Below are positions 1 through 8,576 of a stretch of 64,000 nt of DNA, one piece after another (the stretch's first letter is position 1; every line of letters begins with the position of its first letter). The stretch spans positions 327,050 to 391,049 of the forward strand of contig JBEKML010000001.1 of the NCBI GenBank assembly GCA_050008535.1. Reading direction: 5' to 3'. The notes beneath the pieces were generated by a model, which was not told the DNA's origin, did no database searches, and saw only the letters and a list, made by a program, of their open reading frames with translations. The position numbers and the translations under genes were made by a program. The stretch comes from Minisyncoccia bacterium. Lineage in GTDB: Bacteria > Patescibacteriota > Minisyncoccia > UBA6257 > 2-01-FULL-56-20.

Positions 1-102
1 CTCGCCGCTTTGTACCTCGGCGCGAGCGTCGAGAAGGCAATCAAGACAGCATGTCACCTTTCCATTTTCTGCGAGGAACCGGTGAATGTGATCGGGATAT
101 AA
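1..102 (+). CDS. 3' end of a CDS truncated by the window edge; possibly an HslV/proteasome-type Ntn-hydrolase C-terminus
   Basis: Frame 1 reads LAALYLGASVEKAIKTACHLSIFCEEPVNVIGI* and is followed by a terminator-like hairpin. The family guess is resemblance only. Confidence 0.4.
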   Translation, partial: LAALYLGASVEKAIKTACHLSIFCEEPVNVIGI

Positions 103-104
103 AA

Positions 105-138
105 GATGCCGCCGCAATTCCTGCGGCGGTGTTTCTTT
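105..138 (+). terminator. Intrinsic terminator
   Basis: GATGCCGCCGCA-attcc-TGCGGCGGTGTT followed by TCTTT, directly after the stop at 102. Confidence 0.65.
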
Positions 139-244
139 GCTCACTATCCTTGCCTTCTTCGCCCCTTCGTCGCCTTGTAGCGTTCCCGGCTTATCAACTC
201 GGGACGCTCTGGACTCCTCCCGCCGTTGCGTCATCAATGTTCGT

Positions 245-1579
245 ATGACAAACCAAACCATGGGGGCAAGAGGGATGGGAGTCCCTGCGACGATTCCCGC
301 CCAAGTAAAGGTCAAATATCTGCTTTACGCGAGAAAATCGACGGAATCGGAGGAACGGCAAGTGCTATCAATAGACAGCCAAGTAAAGGAAATGCTCCAG
401 CTTGCGGAGCGCGAGGGGCTGGAGGTTGCGGAGATCCGCCGCGAGAGCCACTCGGCAAAGGCGACTGGGCAACGCCCAGTTTTCAACGAGATCGTCGAAG
501 ATATCCGGAAAGGATTGTTCAACGGCATCCTCACATGGGCACCCGACAGGATCGCGAGGAACGCGGGCGACCTTGGCGCGATCGTGGATCTGATGGACCA
601 GAAGCTGTTGCTTGAGATCCGTACCTTCGGGCAGCACTTCTCAAACAACCCGAACGAAAAATTCCTTCTGATGATCTTGGGATCGCAGGCGAAATTGGAG
701 AACGACAACCGGGGTGTGAACGTGAAGCGCGGGATGCGAAGCCGATGCGAGATGGGGTTGTGGCCGAACTTCGCGCCGCTCGGGTATATCAACCCAAAGA
801 TGATGGACCAGAAGTGCCAGCTCGCGCAGGATCCGCAACGTGCGCCGGTGATTCGCATGATGTTCGAGAAGGTGGGCAACGAGAAATGGAGCGGGCGAAA
901 GGTCTTCAACTGGCTGAAGCACGATCTCAATTTTCACACGCGCGGCAACAAGAACCTCACGCTCTCAGGCATCTATCGAACGCTCACGCAGCCCTTCTAC
1001 TACGGCATGTTCGAATACCCGCGCGACAGCGGGACATGGTATCAAGGCAAGCACAAGCCCATCATCACCGAAGAGCTGTTCCAAAAAGTGCAGGAGCAGC
1101 TGAAGCGCGACCAGATCGTGCGCGAAACCCACGAGTTCGCCTTCACTAAACTATTTACGTGCGGGCTGTGCGGATCCGGCATCTCGGCCGAGGAAAAATT
1201 CAAGCCACTCAAGGACGGCGGCACGAATCGGTATGTTTATTATGGCTGCAGCCGGGCGCGCGACCGCAACTGCAAGAACAAATACATCCGCGAGGAGGAA
1301 CTCATCGAGCAGCTCATCAAAATCCTCGACAAGGTGAACATCAACGAGCTTGGCATGAAGATGAAGCTCGAGGAGGAGATTGGGCGGTTCAACAAGCTGC
1401 AATCCGTCGTGGGCGGGAAGGCTAGGATCGACAATGAGGTTGTAAAAGAGACCGACATCCGCAAGTACGCCAAATACTTATTGCGCGAAGGCAGTGCGAC
1501 CGAGAAGCGGGAGCTGCTGTCGAATTTAAGGAGTAGGCTGATATATAAGAATAAGGAACTTACGCTTGCGGAGGGATAA
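245..1579 (+). CDS. Large serine recombinase (resolvase, recombinase and Zn-ribbon domains)
   Basis: YARKS catalytic motif, SIDSQ, ESHSAK..RPVF, DRIAR, APLGY and CGLCG...YYGC...C. ATG 245 chosen over the TTG at 137. Confidence 0.93.
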   Translation: MTNQTMGARGMGVPATIPAQVKVKYLLYARKSTESEERQVLSIDSQVKEMLQLAEREGLEVAEIRRESHSAKATGQRPVFNEIVEDIRKGLFNGILTWAPDRIARNAGDLGAIVDLMDQKLLLEIRTFGQHFSNNPNEKFLLMILGSQAKLENDNRGVNVKRGMRSRCEMGLWPNFAPLGYINPKMMDQKCQLAQDPQRAPVIRMMFEKVGNEKWSGRKVFNWLKHDLNFHTRGNKNLTLSGIYRTLTQPFYYGMFEYPRDSGTWYQGKHKPIITEELFQKVQEQLKRDQIVRETHEFAFTKLFTCGLCGSGISAEEKFKPLKDGGTNRYVYYGCSRARDRNCKNKYIREEELIEQLIKILDKVNINELGMKMKLEEEIGRFNKLQSVVGGKARIDNEVVKETDIRKYAKYLLREGSATEKRELLSNLRSRLIYKNKELTLAEG

Positions 1580-2453
1580 AAATTGAGAGTAATTTATCCT
1601 TTAAATTCTGATCTTTCGTGTAGATCAATATTTTGGGGTCACCCTTCACGGTTTTCTGGAAACCTTCCGGAGGCCAGATTAACGAAAGCTGAAGGGGCGG
1701 ACCTGCGAAAATCAGTGCATCTATATTTCCTATTTTCTTGTCTTTCCTCATAAGCTTGAGATACCAACTTGGATCATTGCGGAATATAGGATTCGGATCG
1801 CGCACGTCGAAATACCAAGCAGCCGCATCAGTCCCGTGAAAACCTTTAAATTCAGCGGAATAGCTAAAAAAGAATAAAACTTTTTTGTGGCCGGGGGCAT
1901 TCGCTTGACCTTCAAATTCACCGATATATTCCAGCGGGCGCGACATCTGCGCGATATCACTATCCAAAAAGCCGCCATGACCGATTTCTGTTCGGGTTTG
2001 GGTATAAGTTCCCATTTCATTTTTCTCGACTTCGATGTGGGTATCAGAAAACTTTTTGTGCTGAAAAGTATTCTTACCACCTCCAGCGGATCTCATGGCT
2101 TCAATGCCTTCATGCTCGACTTTTTCGTAACGTTTAGTGGTGAGGCTTTTCACCGATATAAAGATATCATCGAATGAAAAATCAACACCCTGCATGCCCG
2201 CAGGCTCGTACGCCAAATCGGTTTTACCCCTCGTCAGTAATAGATTGGCAAGATTCAATTCCGTCTGAAAGGTAAGAAAATTCTTGATGGATTCATCCGT
2301 CGCCTTGTGAGACAATCTGCCCTTACCGGGAAAGTTGGACTGTTTGATTTTCTCCAATGTAGCGAGGTATCCCTCGTAAGCATCGGGGGCATTGATGTGG
2401 AACCATTCGAGGCATTCGGTCTTGTTTTTGAAATAAAGTTCCGGGTTCGACAT
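1560..2453 (-). CDS. Hypothetical protein, possible PD-(D/E)XK-like fold
   Basis: 297-aa AT-rich ORF; TELNLA...EP..GVDF..DDIFISVKS pattern. Confidence 0.75.
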   Translation of the reverse strand: MSNPELYFKNKTECLEWFHINAPDAYEGYLATLEKIKQSNFPGKGRLSHKATDESIKNFLTFQTELNLANLLLTRGKTDLAYEPAGMQGVDFSFDDIFISVKSLTTKRYEKVEHEGIEAMRSAGGGKNTFQHKKFSDTHIEVEKNEMGTYTQTRTEIGHGGFLDSDIAQMSRPLEYIGEFEGQANAPGHKKVLFFFSYSAEFKGFHGTDAAAWYFDVRDPNPIFRNDPSWYLKLMRKDKKIGNIDALIFAGPPLQLSLIWPPEGFQKTVKGDPKILIYTKDQNLKDKLLSIFIPPQA

Positions 2454-3115
2454 TAGATCATTTTGTCGCGCAATTTATCTTGGAAAACTATCGCCGGACC
2501 ATCGCCGATCTTGATGCTTTCTCTTAGATTTACCTCGAGTTGCATCGGGGAAATTTCCTTATAAAACATAGTTACCATGCCTACATTAAAATCGATATCA
2601 TCTGAATCGGCGGCGGTCACGATATATATCGGCAAAGAATCTTCCTTGATGGCCATATCGTAGAGCGGTTTGAAGTCGGTAATGTCGCGATGACTTCCTA
2701 AAATGATGCTGTAAGATTTCAGTCTCGGTCGTATTTTCTTTTCTATAAAGTCGCTGAAAGATTTTTCGTGCGATGTAAATTCTTTTACGTCGCAGACCAT
2801 CTTGTTGAATAAGGGGCGCGGACCAGATAATTCTTTTACGGAGAGTATATTGACATCATTTTCCGGCCCGGTTGGAAATTCGAGAAAGTGCTCCTTGTTT
2901 TCCCAATGATTCAGCGCCGCTGCTGCAAATAATGCAAAATAGCCTTCGCGTAATCTTTTGTATTTCACATTATCGAGGAAGGTGCTTTTATTCGGAGCAT
3001 TCCTATATATTTCTTCAAAGACCTTATAAACACTCGGTAGGGGCAGCATTCTATCCAACGAGAAAATATCCGTTTGGGTTTCTGCGATTCTTTTTAGAAA
3101 TTCGCCCTGGTCCAT
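2453..3115 (-). CDS. Hypothetical protein, possible PD-(D/E)XK-like fold
   Basis: 220-aa AT-rich ORF whose stop overlaps the next start; REGY...PENDVNI...CDVKE pattern. Confidence 0.75.
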   Translation of the reverse strand: MDQGEFLKRIAETQTDIFSLDRMLPLPSVYKVFEEIYRNAPNKSTFLDNVKYKRLREGYFALFAAAALNHWENKEHFLEFPTGPENDVNILSVKELSGPRPLFNKMVCDVKEFTSHEKSFSDFIEKKIRPRLKSYSIILGSHRDITDFKPLYDMAIKEDSLPIYIVTAADSDDIDFNVGMVTMFYKEISPMQLEVNLRESIKIGDGPAIVFQDKLRDKMI

Positions 3116-3177
3116 AGCGAAAGAATTATAGCAAAAATCGCGGCCACTCGGGTCGCTCCGATAAGAAATTGTACCTG

Positions 3178-3264
3178 CGGAGGCGGAAGGATTCGAACCT
3201 TCGAAGGGATTCCTCCCTTAACATCTTAGCAGGATGCTGCCTTAAGCCGCTCGGCCACGCCTCC
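3178..3264 (-). tRNA. tRNA-Ser(GCT)
   Basis: Reverse complement GGAGGCG...GCATC-CTGCTAA-GATGT, long variable arm, GGTTCGAATCC, CGCCTCC-G. Confidence 0.95.
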
Positions 3265-3331
3265 AAACTACTTCGTCATGGTACACAATAAACTTGTTTT
3301 TATCAAGATTTTCTGATACATTTCATTGGTT

Positions 3332-4816
3332 ATGGCAAGCGAAATTCCTGGGAAAAATATAAAACCGCGTCCGCCGATCGTGGTTGTCGTGGGGCACGTT
3401 GACCACGGGAAGACGACGCTTCTGGACTACATCCGGAAGACGACGGTTGCCGCGCGCGAAGCGGGCGGCATTACGCAGGCCGTGGGCGCGTATGAAATTG
3501 TGCATGCGCCGGCCGCCGGAGGCCCGGCGCGGAAGATCACTTTCATTGACACGCCCGGGCACGAGGCGTTCACGGCGATGCGTTCGCGCGGCGCGCAGGC
3601 GGCGGACCTCGCCGTTCTTGTGGTTGCTGCTGACGAGGGCGTGAAGCCGCAGACAAAAGAAGCGATAAAAATTTTGGAAGAGACAAAAACGCCGTTTGTT
3701 GTCGCGCTCAATAAAATTGACAAGGTGCAGGGCGGCAATCTTGAAAAAGCGAAGACGGATCTCGCGAACGCGGGCGTGTTGCTGGAGGGCTACGGAGGGC
3801 AGGTGAGCTATCACGGCGTTTCTGCAAAGACAGGCGAAGGCGTGAGCGATCTTCTGGATCTTATTCTTCTTTCCACCGACGTTGAAAATTTGACCTACGA
3901 TGCGGCCGCCGCCGCGAGTGGATTTGTGCTTGAAGCGCGGCGCGATCCGCGGCGCGGCATTGAAGCGAGCGTAATCGTAAGGGAAGGAACGCTCCATCGC
4001 GGCGATGCAGTAAAGACGCACACCGCAAGCGGCAAAGTGAAGATACTCGAGGATTTTACGGGGAAAGCCGTTGATGTTTTGGAGCCGTCCGCGCCGGCGG
4101 TGATCATCGGTTTTGAGAAGCTGCCGAACGTGGGCGAAGTGTTCGCGGTGGGGGAATTGAAAGAGGCCCAATCGCCGCAGGCGCAGGAGGCGATCGCAAC
4201 GCAGATCGCAAAATCAAAGCCGAATACCTTGAATTTGATCCTTAAGGCCTCCGACGCGGGTTCGCTTGAAGCGCTTTTGGTCGTTTTGAAGAGCGTTGAT
4301 AAACAGGGTGGCAAGGAGATCAACGTGGTTGAGGAATCGGTCGGTGATGTGACCGACGGCGACGTGCGCCGCGCGCAGGCGACAAATGCCACGATCATCG
4401 GGTTCAAAAACAAGGTGGAAAAAGGCGCAAGGAACCTTGCGGATGCACAGACGGTCATGATCATCACTTCAGATGTCGTTTATGATCTTGCGAAGGCCGT
4501 GGAAGATTTTCTTACGGGGAAATTAGGTCCGGCAACGGCGGGCGAACTTGAAGTGCTTGCGGTCTTCAATCAGGAAAAATTGGACAAACAGCTGATTGGC
4601 GGCCGTGTGGAGAAAGGAACATTCCGTGCGAAAGCGTCGTTTGAGATTTTGCGCGGGAGCGGCACGCCGAAAACCTCGCTCGGCACCGGCCGTGCCTTGA
4701 GCTTGCGCGAGAAAAAATCAGAGATCGCGACGGCTGAAAAAGGAAAAGAGATCGGCATCCTCGCGAGCTCGCAGATTGCGATCCAGGTGGGCGATACGCT
4801 CGTCATCCATAAATAA
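3332..4816 (+). CDS. infB: Translation initiation factor IF-2, short form without the N-terminal extension
   Basis: [39 protein letters not shown]. Confidence 0.97.
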   Translation: MASEIPGKNIKPRPPIVVVVGHVDHGKTTLLDYIRKTTVAAREAGGITQAVGAYEIVHAPAAGGPARKITFIDTPGHEAFTAMRSRGAQAADLAVLVVAADEGVKPQTKEAIKILEETKTPFVVALNKIDKVQGGNLEKAKTDLANAGVLLEGYGGQVSYHGVSAKTGEGVSDLLDLILLSTDVENLTYDAAAAASGFVLEARRDPRRGIEASVIVREGTLHRGDAVKTHTASGKVKILEDFTGKAVDVLEPSAPAVIIGFEKLPNVGEVFAVGELKEAQSPQAQEAIATQIAKSKPNTLNLILKASDAGSLEALLVVLKSVDKQGGKEINVVEESVGDVTDGDVRRAQATNATIIGFKNKVEKGARNLADAQTVMIITSDVVYDLAKAVEDFLTGKLGPATAGELEVLAVFNQEKLDKQLIGGRVEKGTFRAKASFEILRGSGTPKTSLGTGRALSLREKKSEIATAEKGKEIGILASSQIAIQVGDTLVIHK

Positions 4817-4835
4817 TTTTGCGAAATAATTTCCC

Positions 4836-5165
4836 ATGCGTTTTTTCCGTTCCGAGCGGGTACAGGCGTTGATCCAGGAGGAGCTTGCGAAAATTATGGT
4901 GCGGGAAGTGGAATTTCCAGACGCACTTCTTACGATTACGAGCGTTGAAGTTGATAAGAAGCTGGACCACGCACGGGTCAATGTGAGCGTTATCCCGTCT
5001 TCCTCGGGGCCTGCGGCGCTCGCCGGACTCACGAAGCGTACGGGCCACCTTCAGCATCTTTTAATGAAAAAGATGAATATCAAACCCATGCCGCGTATCG
5101 CGTTTGCGCTTGATCGCGGCCCCGAAAATGCCGCGGCGGTTGAAAAAGCGCTGTTAAAAAAGTAA
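4836..5165 (+). CDS. rbfA: Ribosome-binding factor A
   Basis: RSERVQALIQEELA...PRIAFALD; directly downstream of infB. Confidence 0.92.
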   Translation: MRFFRSERVQALIQEELAKIMVREVEFPDALLTITSVEVDKKLDHARVNVSVIPSSSGPAALAGLTKRTGHLQHLLMKKMNIKPMPRIAFALDRGPENAAAVEKALLKK

Positions 5166-5176
5166 GATAGGGGCAT

Positions 5177-5251
5177 GGCCACGTAGCCAAGTAGCAAGGC
5201 GAGGGTCTGCAAAACCCTTATACGCGGGTGCGATTCCCGCCGTGGCCTCCA
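5177..5251 (+). tRNA. tRNA-Cys(GCA)
   Basis: GGCCACG...AGGGT-CTGCAAA-ACCCT...CGTGGCC-T-CCA, with U73 discriminator. Confidence 0.95.
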
Positions 5252-5253
5252 GG

Positions 5254-5781
5254 ATGAACAAAAGCATGCTCCAAGTAATAATTATCATCATCTTTGTGTT
5301 TCTCGTGGGAGGCGTGATTGGCTATTTTGCCTGGGGGAAAAAACAAACCTCTGTTCCTGGGCAAACGTCAAGCCGGAAAATAACGTATGTGACCCTAAGT
5401 ATAGCGGCGCCGTTTTCCAATGCTGTGCTTACCATTAAAGAAGATGGTTCCATCGCCTATTGGGCCCAGGAGCCCAACCAGGCGAGAATCAAGGATTCCG
5501 GGACTCTGACCCTGCCCCAAATAAAAGAGCTTAACGACTTGATTGAACAAAATAATTTCTTTGAAATGAAAAGTAACAACGATAATCCCACTGGCATGAC
5601 GGACGGTTCCACGTACGCTATTGCCGTTAGTTATGTTTTATCCGGTCAACTAGATGGCAGTGCTGTCCCCATAACATACTTGGTAAGTTGTTATGAACCG
5701 GACTGCGAGTTCGGCTTTTCGCAGATCAGAGACAAAATTCTTAGCCTTTGGGGTAAAGACGTTTTGAATGTCGGTGTTTGA
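5254..5781 (+). CDS. Hypothetical membrane-anchored extracellular protein
   Basis: One N-terminal TM helix then a soluble domain (NNFFEM...TDGSTYAI); ATG lies 2 nt after the tRNA CCA. Confidence 0.75.
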   Translation: MNKSMLQVIIIIIFVFLVGGVIGYFAWGKKQTSVPGQTSSRKITYVTLSIAAPFSNAVLTIKEDGSIAYWAQEPNQARIKDSGTLTLPQIKELNDLIEQNNFFEMKSNNDNPTGMTDGSTYAIAVSYVLSGQLDGSAVPITYLVSCYEPDCEFGFSQIRDKILSLWGKDVLNVGV

Positions 5782-5841
5782 TTTGGGGGTTGGTTTTCTC
5801 TTGCACGAGCGCTAAAATGAGCGTAGGTTTGTTTGAAATAT

Positions 5842-5924
5842 GCCTGGGTGGCGGAATGGTATACGCAGAGGACTTAAAATCCTTAGCCCGAAAGGGCTTG
5901 TGGGTTCGACTCCCACCCCGGGCA
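5842..5924 (+). tRNA. tRNA-Leu(TAA)
   Basis: GCCTGGG...GAGGA-CTTAAAA-TCCTT, variable arm GCCCGAAAGGGC, GGTTCGACTCC, CCCGGGC-A. Confidence 0.95.
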
Positions 5925-5934
5925 CAAGAAAAAA

Positions 5935-6255
5935 ATGAAGAAAAAAATGGTTGGAGATTTCGGCTTAATCATCAACGCGATTGGCGCTTTGCTGTTGGCG
6001 ATATCCTTCGCTGAATATTCTGGGGAAAGTGTCCGAGGGACAACTGGCGCCGAATATCATCCTGCATTTATGAATCACTACGGAGCTATGCTTGGCTTAT
6101 CTCTGCTAATTTTAGGTTTTTCCTTACAATTTCTAGAAAGGCAAAACAAGAACAAAACCCAAGTTCCCCTGAAAGACCTGTTAATAGTTGTTCTAGTAGC
6201 AGAAGTGATTTTCTTTTTATCGCTTACGTTTTCGGGGACTATACTATTTCGTTAA
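5935..6255 (+). CDS. Hypothetical membrane protein with about 3 TM segments
   Basis: 106-aa AT-rich hydrophobic ORF. Confidence 0.65.
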   Translation: MKKKMVGDFGLIINAIGALLLAISFAEYSGESVRGTTGAEYHPAFMNHYGAMLGLSLLILGFSLQFLERQNKNKTQVPLKDLLIVVLVAEVIFFLSLTFSGTILFR

Positions 6256-6289
6256 AGGCTAGAATCATTCGAAGATCATCCAGTCCTGC

Positions 6290-6441
6290 GCACAAAAGCA
6301 AGCACACCCCTCGTAAGGGCGTCTCGGAGCCACGGCGGCTTGAGGCAACCTTTAGGTTGCCTGCCGTGGCGAGAGAGAGGCGCATTTCCCCGCTGGAGGA
6401 AATGACGCCGTCCCTTACGAGGGGTGTGCTTGCTTTTGTGC
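6290..6441. repeat. Perfect 30-bp inverted repeat enclosing two hairpins, anchored at the tRNA-Leu(CAA) 3' end
   Basis: GCACAAAAGCAAGCACACCCCTCGTAAGGG (6290-6319) and its reverse complement (6412-6441). Confidence 0.9.
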
Positions 6442-6521
6442 CCGAGGAGGGAGTCGAACCCTCACGACCTTGCGATCATTGGATTTTGAGTCCAACGCGT
6501 CTGCCATTCCGCCACCCGGGC
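6439..6521 (-). tRNA. tRNA-Leu(CAA)
   Basis: Reverse complement GCCCGGG...TTGGA-CTCAAAA-TCCAA, variable arm, GGTTCGACTCC, CTCGGGC-A. Confidence 0.95.
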
Positions 6522-6587
6522 GCGAGAAGCGCAACCGCGCGCTCGCACGATTGATAATAGTTATTTTACGCGTTAAAATCAAGCTAT

Positions 6588-7406
6588 ATGGCGCGCGTGA
6601 TCGCGATTTGTAATCAAAAAGGAGGCGTTGGGAAGACAACCACGGCGGTGAATTTGGGGGCGTACCTCGCGGCGGCGGGCCGGCGCGTTTTGCTCGTTGA
6701 TTTCGATCCGCAGGCGAACGCGAGTTCGGCGCTCGGCCACAACATAAAAGAAGGGGCGAGCGTGTATCATGGCATTTTGGGGACGGTGTCGCACGAAGAA
6801 GTTGTAAAACCGACCGTTCTTTTTAACTATCACCTTGTTCCATCTGCGCCGCACCTCGCTGGAGCGCTCGTGGAGCTCGTAGGTGTTCCTGAACGCGAAT
6901 ATTTTCTGCGGAAATTCGTGAACCGCCTACGCCACAATTACGATTACATTCTGATCGACCTTCCGCCCAGCTTGAGCCTACTTACGGTAAATGGCCTCGT
7001 TGCCGCCGATGAGGTTTTGATCCCGGTGCAGACGGAGTATTACAGCTTAGAGGGGATCGGCCAGCTTTTGGAGACTATAGCGTTGATCAACAGCAATCTT
7101 CGCCATCCGCTCCGCATCGCGGGTGCGCTCATCACGATGTACGACAAGCGCGAACATCTAAGCCGCGAAGTTTCAAAAAATATCAGGCGGCATTTTCCGC
7201 ACCATGTGTTTGAAGTGGAAATTCCCCGCGCGGTCGCGCTTGCCGAGGCACCGAGTTTTTCCAAACCGATCATTTTGTATCGTCCGGACTCGCTGGGAGC
7301 GTTGGCGTATGAGCGGCTCGCGAAGGAAATTATGGCGCAAGAAGGGGATTATAATTTGCCGCGCGAGGTCGTAGCAAGCGAAAACTTTGGGAATTTTAAT
7401 ATTTGA
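6588..7406 (+). CDS. parA: Chromosome partitioning ATPase ParA/Soj
   Basis: NQKGGVGKTTT, LLVDFDPQANAS, IDLPPSL, EAPSF. Confidence 0.95.
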   Translation: MARVIAICNQKGGVGKTTTAVNLGAYLAAAGRRVLLVDFDPQANASSALGHNIKEGASVYHGILGTVSHEEVVKPTVLFNYHLVPSAPHLAGALVELVGVPEREYFLRKFVNRLRHNYDYILIDLPPSLSLLTVNGLVAADEVLIPVQTEYYSLEGIGQLLETIALINSNLRHPLRIAGALITMYDKREHLSREVSKNIRRHFPHHVFEVEIPRAVALAEAPSFSKPIILYRPDSLGALAYERLAKEIMAQEGDYNLPREVVASENFGNFNI

Positions 7407-7408
7407 CC

Positions 7409-8569
7409 ATGCTTGGAAAAGGACTTGAATCGCTTATACCACAGAAGGGGAATGGGGCCGGCGCTGCCGGATCGGACGGCGTTTCGTCGCAGCCGCCGGC
7501 GTCCGAACCCGAGGTGCAGCGCGAGGAACAGCGTAGTGAACCACATGAAGAGTCTTATGGGGGAGGTACATTGCAGCAGCCGCCGCCGCCGCAAATTGTT
7601 TCCGTGCCGCCCATGATGCCACCTGTTGTATTGTCGCCCGTGACAACGCCCGCCGCGACTGCCGCGAAAGTGTTTGAAGATCGGCGCCAGGACAAAACCG
7701 GCAAACCAGAGGAGATACAGTCTGTTTTCCATATTGAGATAGACAAGATCAAGCCGAACCCGACCCAGCCGCGGCGGAATTTTGACGAAGGGGGGCTCCG
7801 CGACCTTGCGCATTCCATCCGCGAGTTTGGATTTTTGCAGCCGCTTGTGGTTTCGCGGGTTGAAAAGGAAACAATAGATGGCGTGGGCGTCGAATATCAA
7901 TTGATCGCCGGCGAGCGGCGGCTCATGGCTGCGAAGATGCTGGGGCTTGCGACGGTGCCGGCCATTGTGCGGAATGTGGACCTTGAGCGCGAGAAATTGG
8001 AGCTCGCGGTGATCGAGAATATCCAGCGTGAGAATTTGAATCCAATAGAGGCTGCGCGCGCATTCCAGCGATTACAGGAAGAATTCCGTATGACCCAGCG
8101 CGAGATCGCGGCGAAGCTCGGCAAATCCCGCGAGGTCGTGGCGAACGCCGTCCGGCTGCTTGATCTGCCGGAAGAGATCCGGGTGGCGGTAGAGAAGGGC
8201 GATCTTTCGGAAAGCAGCGCGCGCATGCTCTTGGCAATCGGCGATCCGGGCGCGCAGAAACGCCTCTTTGAGGATATCGTGCAAAATCGGCTTACGACGC
8301 GGGATGTGAAGGAGCGTGTGCAGCAGTTCAGCGCGAGCACGGGCACGGGCGTGGCCGGAGCTCACGGGCACCGCCGCGGGCGCCCGCCGAAGAGCGCGGA
8401 AGCGCCGCTGCCTACGGAACTCCGCGCGATGCAGGAATCGCTTTCAAGCGACCTCGGTGCGCCCGTGGAGATTCATAAGGGCGCGAATACCGGGCGCATC
8501 ACGATCACCTTCTATTCCGAAGAGGAACTGGAAAATATCTTGCGGAAACTGGGAAAGGAGCGATTCTAG
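7409..8569 (+). CDS. parB: ParB/Spo0J partition protein with a Pro/Glu-rich N-terminal linker
   Basis: LGKGLESLIP, PNPTQPRRNF, LIAGERR, ENIQRENLNPIE, HTH. Confidence 0.95.
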   Translation: MLGKGLESLIPQKGNGAGAAGSDGVSSQPPASEPEVQREEQRSEPHEESYGGGTLQQPPPPQIVSVPPMMPPVVLSPVTTPAATAAKVFEDRRQDKTGKPEEIQSVFHIEIDKIKPNPTQPRRNFDEGGLRDLAHSIREFGFLQPLVVSRVEKETIDGVGVEYQLIAGERRLMAAKMLGLATVPAIVRNVDLEREKLELAVIENIQRENLNPIEAARAFQRLQEEFRMTQREIAAKLGKSREVVANAVRLLDLPEEIRVAVEKGDLSESSARMLLAIGDPGAQKRLFEDIVQNRLTTRDVKERVQQFSASTGTGVAGAHGHRRGRPPKSAEAPLPTELRAMQESLSSDLGAPVEIHKGANTGRITITFYSEEELENILRKLGKERF

Positions 8570-8576
8570 GCGGTTC

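Larger units (their letters stand above)
1..3177. mobile_element. Right end of a putative integrative element at the 3' end of tRNA-Ser(GCT)
   Basis: A serine recombinase and AT-rich cargo genes abut the tRNA 3' end. The second att site is not visible in the window. Confidence 0.55.
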
